Shown: piece after piece, positions 9,009-17,592 of the stretch
Numbering within the stretch: position 1 is the stretch's first letter
Layout: the number at the start of each line of letters is the position of its first letter
NCBI GenBank assembly: GCA_035703635.1
Contig: DASSXV010000023.1
Location: 1 to 64,000 of the forward strand
DNA length: 64,000 bases
Reading direction: 5' to 3'
DNA from: Trueperaceae bacterium
Lineage (GTDB): Bacteria; Deinococcota; Deinococci; Deinococcales; Trueperaceae
Translations under genes and position numbers: made by a program
The notes under the pieces: model-generated
What the model saw: only the letters and a program-made list of their open reading frames with translations
Told to the model about the DNA's origin: nothing
Database searches by the model: none

Positions 9009-12000
9009 TCAGCGAACCTCGAACTCCACGTAGACCGTGTAGACGCAGGCGCTGATGATGTCGTTCGGGAGGTGCGACATCGAGTAGGTCTTGTTGTCTG
9101 CAGGCCCTATGGACAGCGGCACCTGGTTGAAGGTAGCCGTCTGCTGCATGTGGCACTGATCGGTCGGGGAGCCCGCTGGGTCGTCCTCGTATACGTCGAC
9201 CGTGGTGACCAGGGCCTCCGAGAGGGGCCGGATGCGGGTGACGGTCCAGAAGGTCAACTTGTCGCCGTCCTCCGGGTAACGCCAACCGTTATCCGACAAG
9301 TTGGTTGCGCCGAAGCGTGCCCCGACGTCGTAGTGGAACTCGCCGACGCCACCTCCGACGTCGACGTCTCCGTCGCGCACTACGTCGATCCTGAACGTGA
9401 TCGTTACGAGCTGGTCAGGGACAAGTGGGTTGCGGCAAACGGCGGGGTTGGCTGTGGTGCACACGGTCAACTCGGCGGCGTCGTTCGTGCCTTCGCCGTC
9501 ACCGTCCGTGTCTGCCTTGGTTGGGTCGGTGCCGAGCACGAACTCGCTACCGTCGACCAGGGTGTCGAGGTCGGCGTCCGCCACGAGCGGGTCGCTGAAT
9601 ACCTGGTACGACGCCTGGCCCGCTACCTGGACCACGAACGGCACTTGTAGCTCTGCGCCATCAGTGCGGAGGTCGTTGTCCGTGTCCGCGTCGAGAGGGT
9701 TCGTGCCTGCTGCTACCTCAGCGGCGTCGTCGAGGCCGTCGCCGTCGGTATCCGGGTTGCGCGGATCGGTGCCGCGCAGGAACTCAGCCTGGTCATCTAG
9801 GCCGTCACCGTCAGTATCTCTGAGGCTCGGGTCGGACGTGACGTTGCGCGTCACTGCGGCAGGTTGTACGTGCGCGGTCACCGAGACTGGATAGGTCGTG
9901 ACGGTCCAACCGGTCGTCTCGACGAAGTTGACGAGGCCGTCGCCGTCGTCGTCGAAGACCATGTCGCCGTCGTTGACGCGCGGGTCAACGCCCAAGTCCC
10001 TCTCGGCGCCGTCTGGCAGGGTGTCGCCGTCCGTGTCTGGGTTGAGCGGGTCCGTGATCACGCCCGTCAGTGCGCCGCCGAAGCGCAGCTGCATGTTGAA
10101 GCCGTTGACTTCCTCGCCGTCCGTAAGGCCGTCACCGTCGGTATCGCGGCGCTTCGCGTCCGTGCCGAGCTGGTACTCGATCACGTCGTCTAGGCCGTCG
10201 AGGTCGGAGTCGACGCGGGCGCAGCTCGCGAAGCCCTGGTAGTCGCCGCGCCCGACGACGCTAACGCGCCAGCCGACGTACGACTCGAAGAGGTCGCTCA
10301 ACGTGTCGTTGTCCGTGTCGACCATCACGTCGGAGCAGCCCAGGGTGTACTCCATCTGCGCAGGTACGCCGTCGTCATCCTCGTCCTGCACGAAGGCGAG
10401 AGTCATACCTTGCCCCGCCGTGAGGACGCGCCCCTCGACGTTCTGGTCAGCTGCCGCGATGCCTTCAGGCGTGAGCACGAACCAGCGCTTGAGTGGGTTG
10501 CCGAGTTCCTGAGAGACGCCGCGAACGCGCCACATGACGTTCACGCCGCCGACGATGCGCGTGGCGTAACTGTTCTGGATCTGAACCGGGCTCAACGAAG
10601 AGGTCCGTGTAACGTCTTCGTCGTAATGCGTTAACCCGAGCACGGAGCCCAGGGCCTCAGCCAAGGTGATGCCGACTTGGCGGCCGTTGGCGTCGAACAC
10701 GACGCGGTCGGCGTCGTCGATCACGCCGTCGCCGTTCTCGTCGGCCAGGGCGCGGCCCGAACTCGTCGCTACCTTCAGGCGCTCCGTCAGGTCGCCCTCG
10801 CCGTCGCCGTCGCTATCCGCCGCCCCGTAATCGAGTACGACGGTGGCGGTGCGGTCGTTCACTTCCTGTGATGTGAAGGCGAAGTTGCGACCGAACTCGT
10901 CGGTGATGTCGAAGTTCGAGATCTTGAACACGAGACCCGTCGGGTCCTGCATGAGCTGTTCGACGAGGGCTGGGAAGACCTGGTCGGCCACGAACACAAG
11001 CGGCCCGCGGGTGGGCACTAGCGGCCCGAGGGTGTACCCGCTGGCTGGCTCCTGCTCTGGCACGAGAGTGGCGATGGGCACGAGGCGCCCAGGGATGCGG
11101 GCGTCCTGGATGAACGCCGAGACCTGGACGTTGGAGATGTTGAAAGCGATGTCTCCTAGGCTGCGCAGGCTGACGGTGAGCTTGATGCTTGCCCCCTGCA
11201 CCTCACGCGTGAGGGACTCGTCGACCTGCAGTTCCCTCTGTGACTCGGTGGAGCGAGCGTACTCATCCTGTGTTGCGCGAGTCGATTCGCGCGTGAAAGC
11301 CGAACTCCACTGCCCCGTGTACCCGGTCTCCACGCTGAACTTGCCAGACGCACCGAAGTCGACGCTCGCCTTCCAGCCGAGCTCGACGCCCGCCTTGACG
11401 GAGAACTGCTGGGTGTTGCTGTCGGTGTTGCTCGTCGAGCGGGTGTCGCTCTGGGTGAGGGTCGAGCTGAAGCTCTTGGCCTCGAGTTCACGCGTACCGC
11501 GTTGGCTCGTCGCGTTGAAGCGCACGTCGAGTTGCAGGTCGACGGCACCGACTTCGATGCCAGGTCGCGGTAGGTCCGCGAGTCGCGGGTTGCGGTTGCC
11601 GAGGTTTATCTCGTCGCCGTCCGCTATCTGATCGCCGTCCGAGTCTGCGAGGTTCGGCGAGGTGCGGAAGAAATTGAACTCCAACCCGTCCGTCAGGCCG
11701 TCTGCGTCGGTGTCCTGGTTGGTCGGGTCCGAGTAGACGAAGGTGAGTTCCCAGTAATCGGTCAACTGGTCTGCGTCCGTGTCGGCCGAGCGCGGGTCCG
11801 TCATGTAGGTGCGTTCGTCGAGGTCGCTCACGCCGTCGCCGTCTGTGTCTGCGAGGAACGGGTCGCTCGTCACGGTCCGCGTGATCAACGAGCCGTCCAA
11901 CTGGCGCACGCGCACCGTCCAGCCGCGCTGCTCTGTGGCGTCGGAGAGGCCGTCGTTGTCACTGTCCAACCCTGGCCCGCTCGCGGCGGTGCCCACGAAC

Positions 12001-13424
12001 GTGACGATGTTCGGGTTGTCGCGGTCGGGCGGCGCGACGAGGTTGCCTGCCAGGTCCGCGATGGCCACCCCTTGCAGGCGGTAGCTGATATCGCTCTGCG
12101 TGAGGGTCGTCAGCGTCACCGCGCGGCCGGATGGCGAGAGCACGGCCGCCGTTACGTTCAGCACGGAGTTTGCCGCCACGGAGCTCTCCGACGCCGCCGA
12201 GATCTGGTAATGGCCAGGGTTCTCGGCGCTCGCGAGGCCGCCACGAACTGGCTCGCTGAAGCTGACGAGCACGCTGGTTGGACTGGTGGACACGGCCCCA
12301 GTTACGCGTGGGGGCGTGACGTCCGGCGTGCCGACAGGCGTTGGCCCGATGACGACGACGCCCTCGCTAGTGAGTTGCCGCAAGACGTTGCCTGCTAGGT
12401 CGGTAAGGCCCGTGACCGTGAGCGTGTACGGGTAGCCGGCGGTAAGGTCGGCTACGGACAGGCGCGCCCGGGTGCCGAGCTGTTCGCTCACCACGCCGTT
12501 GATGCCGATGGCGCTTGCGCCCGGCCCCTGTAACGCGAAGGCAGCACTCGTGAGGGCCGCGGGCGACAGTGGGTCTGTTACGGGCTCGCTGAAGTGGATG
12601 ATCACAGTGGTTGGGTCTGATGCCCAGGCTTCGGCGATGTACGGCGCGCTGCCGTCCACGAGCTCGACCGGCCGGAACTCCAGTGCGGCCGCGGTCGGGT
12701 CAAGGAGCATCTGGCCGTGGAACGTCGTCGCGCCGCGCACGCTTACCTCACCCTGCGTCATGGCCATGGCGGTCGTCGTGAGGATGACGGCGCTGCGGTC
12801 AGGGCCGCCGCCTACGACATCGAAGGCAGCCGACAGCACGGTGACGCCAGGGTTGACTGCGTAATTGCCGGGTATGAGAGCGTCGTCGCTCAACGGCACC
12901 GGCGCCCCTCGGCGGTCGGCGAAGGTCACGAGGAGCGCGTCGTTGGCAAGCGCGACGGCCCTGGCGAGCAGTGGCGCCGGCGTGAGGCTGCCGCTGAAGC
13001 CGCCAGCCGCTACGGCGCTTGGAGTCACCGCGGCCGCCGCCGTTGCCACCCTGGCGGGCACCGTTTCGGCGGTCAGCACGTAACTGACGGCGCTTTGCGG
13101 CGCCGTTGCGAGCGCAACGCTGAGACCGTTGGTGCGGGGGTAGGCCGCCAGCACCTCGAGCTCGTGCCCGTCAGGGCCGGTAATGCGGTAATGCGCTACG
13201 TCCTGTGCCGAGGCGGCGACGGGCCGGTCGAACTCCGCCATCAGGGAAGTGTTGCTCGTGGCCCTTACGGAGGTTAGCTGCGCGAGCTCGACGGCTGGGG
13301 GAGGGGGCGTCTTTGGCCCGGCGCAGGCGGCGAGCACGCCGAGCGCTAGTGCTAGCAGCAGTGCGCGCAGGGTAGTAATGCGGCCATGGCGCACCTTCGT
13401 GAGTGAGCGTTGATTGCTATGCAT
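9009..13424 (-). CDS. Large lipoprotein: 4 Ig-like repeats, Ca-binding DxDxD repeats, protective-antigen/binary-toxin-B-like pore-forming domain, and a C-terminal beta domain
   Basis: Lipobox 'LGVLAAC'; repeated 'V.FSEPV' modules; about 18 DxDxD motifs. Segments 'NPRLADLP', a Ser/Thr-rich alternating hairpin, 'QEVNDRTATVV', 'TERLKVA' and 'GITLAEAL..VLGL' parallel anthrax PA domains 1'-3. ATG at 13424 follows GGAG. Confidence 0.8.
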   Translation of the reverse strand: MHSNQRSLTKVRHGRITTLRALLLALALGVLAACAGPKTPPPPAVELAQLTSVRATSNTSLMAEFDRPVAASAQDVAHYRITGPDGHELEVLAAYPRTNGLSVALATAPQSAVSYVLTAETVPARVATAAAAVTPSAVAAGGFSGSLTPAPLLARAVALANDALLVTFADRRGAPVPLSDDALIPGNYAVNPGVTVLSAAFDVVGGGPDRSAVILTTTAMAMTQGEVSVRGATTFHGQMLLDPTAAALEFRPVELVDGSAPYIAEAWASDPTTVIIHFSEPVTDPLSPAALTSAAFALQGPGASAIGINGVVSEQLGTRARLSVADLTAGYPYTLTVTGLTDLAGNVLRQLTSEGVVVIGPTPVGTPDVTPPRVTGAVSTSPTSVLVSFSEPVRGGLASAENPGHYQISAASESSVAANSVLNVTAAVLSPSGRAVTLTTLTQSDISYRLQGVAIADLAGNLVAPPDRDNPNIVTFVGTAASGPGLDSDNDGLSDATEQRGWTVRVRQLDGSLITRTVTSDPFLADTDGDGVSDLDERTYMTDPRSADTDADQLTDYWELTFVYSDPTNQDTDADGLTDGLEFNFFRTSPNLADSDGDQIADGDEINLGNRNPRLADLPRPGIEVGAVDLQLDVRFNATSQRGTRELEAKSFSSTLTQSDTRSTSNTDSNTQQFSVKAGVELGWKASVDFGASGKFSVETGYTGQWSSAFTRESTRATQDEYARSTESQRELQVDESLTREVQGASIKLTVSLRSLGDIAFNISNVQVSAFIQDARIPGRLVPIATLVPEQEPASGYTLGPLVPTRGPLVFVADQVFPALVEQLMQDPTGLVFKISNFDITDEFGRNFAFTSQEVNDRTATVVLDYGAADSDGDGEGDLTERLKVATSSGRALADENGDGVIDDADRVVFDANGRQVGITLAEALGSVLGLTHYDEDVTRTSSLSPVQIQNSYATRIVGGVNVMWRVRGVSQELGNPLKRWFVLTPEGIAAADQNVEGRVLTAGQGMTLAFVQDEDDDGVPAQMEYTLGCSDVMVDTDNDTLSDLFESYVGWRVSVVGRGDYQGFASCARVDSDLDGLDDVIEYQLGTDAKRRDTDGDGLTDGEEVNGFNMQLRFGGALTGVITDPLNPDTDGDTLPDGAERDLGVDPRVNDGDMVFDDDGDGLVNFVETTGWTVTTYPVSVTAHVQPAAVTRNVTSDPSLRDTDGDGLDDQAEFLRGTDPRNPDTDGDGLDDAAEVAAGTNPLDADTDNDLRTDGAELQVPFVVQVAGQASYQVFSDPLVADADLDTLVDGSEFVLGTDPTKADTDGDGEGTNDAAELTVCTTANPAVCRNPLVPDQLVTITFRIDVVRDGDVDVGGGVGEFHYDVGARFGATNLSDNGWRYPEDGDKLTFWTVTRIRPLSEALVTTVDVYEDDPAGSPTDQCHMQQTATFNQVPLSIGPADNKTYSMSHLPNDIISACVYTVYVEFEVR

Positions 13425-13588
13425 GTGGGCTCCCGACTCCTGTGCGCGGCGGCAGCGCACGTGGTTCGTCAGCTAGGAAGGCGGCCGATCGTCCTGCCTG
13501 AGCAACTGATGAGAAAGTATGCAAGAATCACCCTGTCCTGAAGCTGTCCGTCGCCCGTGCCCGCTAGGGTGGGGCCTTGGAGGTGCAC

Positions 13589-16021
13589 GTGGCACGGTTG
13601 CGAACCCTCGGTGGCCTCGAGCTGGCAGGCAGTAGCTTGCCTGGCAAGCGGCCCCTGTTGTTGGCTACCTACCTCGCCGTCGAGGGCGGCCAGACACGCG
13701 GGCACCTCGCCGAGCTGTTCTGCTCCAACGCTAGCGACCCCCTCAACCAGCTGTCCGTCAACCTCAGCCGCTTGCGGCGCCACCTGCGCGCCGCGGGAGA
13801 CGCTGGCGCCATGCGAGCTGACGCCAAGCGCGTGAGCGTGACGCTGGAGACCGACCACGCCAAGGTGGTGCAGGCGCTCAAATTGAACGACGTCGTCGCC
13901 GCCGTCGACTCATACGGCGGCCACTTTCTCGCGGGGGAGGAGGAGCACGTCGCGGACGAGTTGGCCAGCTGGATCCTCGGGCGCCGCGAGGCGCTGCTTG
14001 GCGAACTGCAGCGCGCGGCCGTTCGCGCCGCCCAGCGCATCGCGCTCGACGGCCGCCTTGCGGAAGCTAGCTCGCTGGCGGCCAGCGTCAAGGAGCTATC
14101 GACCGCAGCGCACTCAGACCCGCTCCCGCTCGCCGCCCTCACAGAGTTGGCCGCGGGCGCCGCGCCCGCACCAAACGTCACCGTGAGATCCACTCCAACG
14201 AACCTGCGCCCGCTGGATACCCCGGTGAGCGGCAGAGAGCGCGAACGGCTGGAGCTGGCCGCGCTCCTGCGCGCACGGGGCAAGCGGCTCATCACCGTCC
14301 TCGGCGAGGGCGGGGTCGGCAAGTCGGCCCTCGCCAGGCAAGTCGCCACTGATCAGTTAGCTGGGATGGACTTCCCAGACGGCGTGTTGCTCGTCGCCGC
14401 GGAAGGGCGATCTGGCGCGGGCGTCTGGGAGAGCCTCGCGACCGCGGTGGCCGGCGCGGGCCTCGGCGACGCACAGAGCGCAGTGGCGTTGCTGCGCGAT
14501 AAGCAGGTGCTCCTCGTGGTCGACGACCTGGATGACGACCGCGGTGAAGCTGGGGCCGCTGCCGCCGTCGTCGGCATGCTCGAGGCACTGCGTTACGCCA
14601 AGGTCCTGGTCACGGCTGACCGGCGCCTAAGGGCACCCGCTGAAGTCGTCTACATAGTCGAAGGGCTCAACGTGCCGGATGACGGCGCACAGCGAGGCCA
14701 GGACGCCGCCGCCGACCTCTATCTCGAGCGTGCGGACGCGCAGCACCACGGCCGCGTGGTGGGGGCGAACGACCGCGCCGGCCTGCGCCAGTTGGCCCGC
14801 ACGCTTGGGGGCAACCCCCTGGCGCTGACCCTGGCCGCGCGCTTCGCTGCCGTCTCTAGCCCAAGTGAGCTCGCCGCCCTCTTCGGCCGCGACCCTCACG
14901 CGCTTGGCGAGTTCAGCCCCCTAGTCCCAGGGAGGTTGCGCGGGCCAGCTGCGCGACACCGGCACGCCATCATGGGACTCGAGCAGGCGGAGCGCGAACT
15001 GCTGGTGCGCCTAAGCTACTTCGCAGGCAGCTTCACGCACGAGGCCGCGCAGGCGGTGGCGGACGCAACGGCCCTCGGGCTCGTCGAGCTGAACGACGCC
15101 ATGCTCGTGGTTCCGGGGAGAGACGGGCGCCTGAGACTCGCCACGTTGGCGGGGCTCTTCGCGCGGCGCGAGTTGGCTGACCTGCCAGAAGTCGAGGCCG
15201 AGGTCGCCTTACGCCATGCCGCCTACCAGGCCAACCTGCCATACCGCCACTACCAGGCGGCTTTCAGCGCCGATCACGCCGCGGTGCAGAGCCTGCTGCT
15301 CGCCGAGCTGCCCAACACCCTGCTCGCGTACCGTTACGCCCTCGCGCGCCGAGACGCCGAGACCGTGCGGGGCCTAGCGCGCGGCCTATACGCCCTCTAC
15401 GGGCGTATGTCGTGGACAGAGGCCGCGCTCGAGCTAGTGGCTGAGGGGCTGGCGGCCCTCGCGGACATGAACGCCCCCGGTCCCATCGGTGAGCTCCTCG
15501 CCATGCGCAGCCTCAACCTCCTGTGGAGCGGGCGCCCGGACGAGGCGACGGTGGCGGCAGAGGAGGCGCTCGCCGTCCTGCTGCCAGCCAACGAGCAGTG
15601 GGGCGCCCGCAACGCTTACCTTGCGCTTGCCAACGCTGCTCTAGGTCGCCAACAGGTGAGCGAGGGAGAGCGTTACTTCGAGTTGGCGCGGTCAGCCGTA
15701 CCACTCGAGTACCCTGCGGCCTTCAGCAGCGTCACCGGGATGGTGAAACTCGCGTCCGGCGACGTAGACGGCGCCATCGATGGCCTACGGCTCGCCGCCA
15801 CCGAGCACCGCGCTCACGGCAACGGTGTCCAGGAAGCAGCCACGCGCTACCGCCTGGCGACGGCCCTCGTCGAGCAGGCGAAGTTCGGTGAGGCGCTGCG
15901 CGAGTACGAACTCGTCGTACGCCTGGCGGCCGGTCAGGCCCCGTACTACGTCGAGGCCGCGCAGCAGGGCCTTGCGCAAGTCTTGGCGCGGTTGAACGAG
16001 CCGCGACAGGCTGGCGACTAG
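13589..16021 (+). CDS. AfsR/SARP-like regulator: wHTH/BTAD, STAND (NB-ARC-like) ATPase and TPR domains
   Basis: 'LRTLGGLEL', 'LLATYLAVEG..RGHLAELF', 'YGGHFLAG', Walker A GEGGVGKS, Walker B LLVVDD, 'GGNPLAL', helical TPR C-terminus. GTG at 13589 follows GGAGG. Confidence 0.85.
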   Translation: MARLRTLGGLELAGSSLPGKRPLLLATYLAVEGGQTRGHLAELFCSNASDPLNQLSVNLSRLRRHLRAAGDAGAMRADAKRVSVTLETDHAKVVQALKLNDVVAAVDSYGGHFLAGEEEHVADELASWILGRREALLGELQRAAVRAAQRIALDGRLAEASSLAASVKELSTAAHSDPLPLAALTELAAGAAPAPNVTVRSTPTNLRPLDTPVSGRERERLELAALLRARGKRLITVLGEGGVGKSALARQVATDQLAGMDFPDGVLLVAAEGRSGAGVWESLATAVAGAGLGDAQSAVALLRDKQVLLVVDDLDDDRGEAGAAAAVVGMLEALRYAKVLVTADRRLRAPAEVVYIVEGLNVPDDGAQRGQDAAADLYLERADAQHHGRVVGANDRAGLRQLARTLGGNPLALTLAARFAAVSSPSELAALFGRDPHALGEFSPLVPGRLRGPAARHRHAIMGLEQAERELLVRLSYFAGSFTHEAAQAVADATALGLVELNDAMLVVPGRDGRLRLATLAGLFARRELADLPEVEAEVALRHAAYQANLPYRHYQAAFSADHAAVQSLLLAELPNTLLAYRYALARRDAETVRGLARGLYALYGRMSWTEAALELVAEGLAALADMNAPGPIGELLAMRSLNLLWSGRPDEATVAAEEALAVLLPANEQWGARNAYLALANAALGRQQVSEGERYFELARSAVPLEYPAAFSSVTGMVKLASGDVDGAIDGLRLAATEHRAHGNGVQEAATRYRLATALVEQAKFGEALREYELVVRLAAGQAPYYVEAAQQGLAQVLARLNEPRQAGD

Positions 16022-16114
16022 GCAAGCGGACGCCTTGTCGTCGCTGGCCGCGACGCCACGTATCATGTGGCGCGCTAGGCCAGGGGCCAACTTTAGGCGC
16101 GCTAAGGACCAGTC

Positions 16115-16867
16115 ATGCCAAGTGGCTTCTCGAGCCCGCGACCACGGGCGCTACTCACGTTGCCTGCAGCTATCATGTGGCTGGCCGCCTGCACGGTTGC
16201 GCTAGGCCAGGCCGCCCCAGAGCCGTACGTCGCCAGCGGCCGCGTCGTGGACGCGCGCGGCAACCCACTGGCAGGCGTTCAGGTGTTCGCGGACAACACG
16301 GCCTACTACAACTTCAACGTCTTCGCGGTCACGGATGAGGACGGGCGCTACCGCATCGAGCTCGGTGACGTTACGCCAAGCAGTTGGCGCGTCGCTGGCT
16401 ACGTGGAACGGCGTTACAACGACGTCCGGCTGCAGCTCCCGCTGCGCCCTAGCGCCAATCAAGCTTTCGCAGGCGCCACCGGGGCGGTGCGTGACTTCAC
16501 CTGGTTGATGCAAGGCGAGACCCCTGAGGGTGACCATTACGGCGTTACCGTCTACCTCTACGACGCGAGTTGTTGCGACAGCTACGTCGACGACACCGCC
16601 CGCATCGAGGTCACGTTCGTGCCGCTCGCTCCACTGCTCGACGGCAGCGAAGGCGAGATCGTGGTGCGCTACCCGGACGGCACGCACTTGGTCGACGTGC
16701 CGGTAACCAAGTACCGCGTAAGCGCTCGTTACGTCCCGGAGGGTTCCGCGCCAGTCGCCATGCTCATCAAAGAGCGCCGCGCAGACGATTTCACGCCGAC
16801 GACGGACGCCGACTTCCACGACGTTTGGGGCTACCTCGGCATGGAACTCGAGGTCATGCTCCCTTAA
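16115..16867 (+). CDS. Exported protein with a carboxypeptidase-regulatory-like (prealbumin-fold) domain
   Basis: N-terminal signal peptide; 'SGRVVDARGNPLAGVQV...TDEDGRYRI'. Confidence 0.7.
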   Translation: MPSGFSSPRPRALLTLPAAIMWLAACTVALGQAAPEPYVASGRVVDARGNPLAGVQVFADNTAYYNFNVFAVTDEDGRYRIELGDVTPSSWRVAGYVERRYNDVRLQLPLRPSANQAFAGATGAVRDFTWLMQGETPEGDHYGVTVYLYDASCCDSYVDDTARIEVTFVPLAPLLDGSEGEIVVRYPDGTHLVDVPVTKYRVSARYVPEGSAPVAMLIKERRADDFTPTTDADFHDVWGYLGMELEVMLP

Positions 16868-16910
16868 AGTTGGTAACGGAGCCAACGCGCGCCCTGAGGA
16901 GGTAGCGATC

Positions 16911-17489
16911 ATGGCTGAAGTAGTCGTCTTTCACCATGTGCTTGGACTGACGAGCGGCATCCTCGAACTAGCCGAGACGCTGCGGCAGGCGGGCCACACG
17001 GTTCACGCCCCCGACCTGTACGAGGGCGTGGTGCTCGGGTCGCTAGAGGAAGGGATGAAGCAGGTGCGGTCACTTGGCTTCGAGGCCGTGGTGAAAAGGG
17101 CGGAGAACGCCGTCGCGGGCCTCGCCCCCGGCCTCGTTTACCTCGGTTACTCGCTAGGGGGCATTCCGGCGCAGAAGCTCGCCCAGAAGCGACCAGGCGC
17201 CCGCGGCGCGGTCCTGGTTGCCGCATGCCTCCCTCCAACGGAGTTCGGTGGCGCGTGGCCAGAGGGAGTGCCGCTGCAGATCCATGCGCAGGAGCGCGAC
17301 CCAGAGTTCGATAACGGCTACGACCTCCCCACCGCCAAAGCGCTGGTGGCTGACGTTGCCGACGGAGAGCTCTTCCTCTACCCCGGTGACCGGCACTTCT
17401 TCGCGGACAGCTCGACGGAAGAGTACGACCAGGAGACCGCCATGGCGTTCACGCGCAACGTACTGGCGTTCCTGGCCCGCCTGAACTAA
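16911..17489 (+). CDS. Dienelactone hydrolase family alpha/beta hydrolase
   Basis: 'HHVLG', 'APDLYEG', nucleophile elbow GYSLG, 'YPGDRHFF'; GAGGAGG RBS. Confidence 0.85.
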   Translation: MAEVVVFHHVLGLTSGILELAETLRQAGHTVHAPDLYEGVVLGSLEEGMKQVRSLGFEAVVKRAENAVAGLAPGLVYLGYSLGGIPAQKLAQKRPGARGAVLVAACLPPTEFGGAWPEGVPLQIHAQERDPEFDNGYDLPTAKALVADVADGELFLYPGDRHFFADSSTEEYDQETAMAFTRNVLAFLARLN

Positions 17490-17538
17490 GTCTTCTGGTC
17501 ACCGTGCTAGCATCCCAACTCGGCCAGCATGTTCGGCC

Positions 17539-17578
17539 CCGGACGAGCGCGACGTACCCGGTGAGGACAAGACGTCGC
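17539..17578 (+). ncRNA. Guanidine-III (ykkC-III) riboswitch
   Basis: CCGGACGAGCGCGACGTACCCGGTGAGGACAAGACGTCGC. CCGG/CCGG stem plus a GCGACGT/ACGTCGC pseudoknot, directly upstream of the RBS of an SMR exporter. Confidence 0.9.
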
Positions 17579-17592
17579 CATGGAGGTTCATC

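Noticed and set aside
9480-11970. Recurrent GCCGTCGCCGTC-like DNA repeats as a possible CRISPR or tandem array
   Set aside because: They are degenerate, irregularly spaced and in frame. They simply encode DxDGDG motifs, and no cas genes are present.
13589-16021. STAND NTPase as an Avs-type anti-phage system
   Set aside because: The N-terminus is a SARP/BTAD-type DNA-binding region, not a nuclease, TIR or SIR2 effector. A transcription regulator is the simpler reading.
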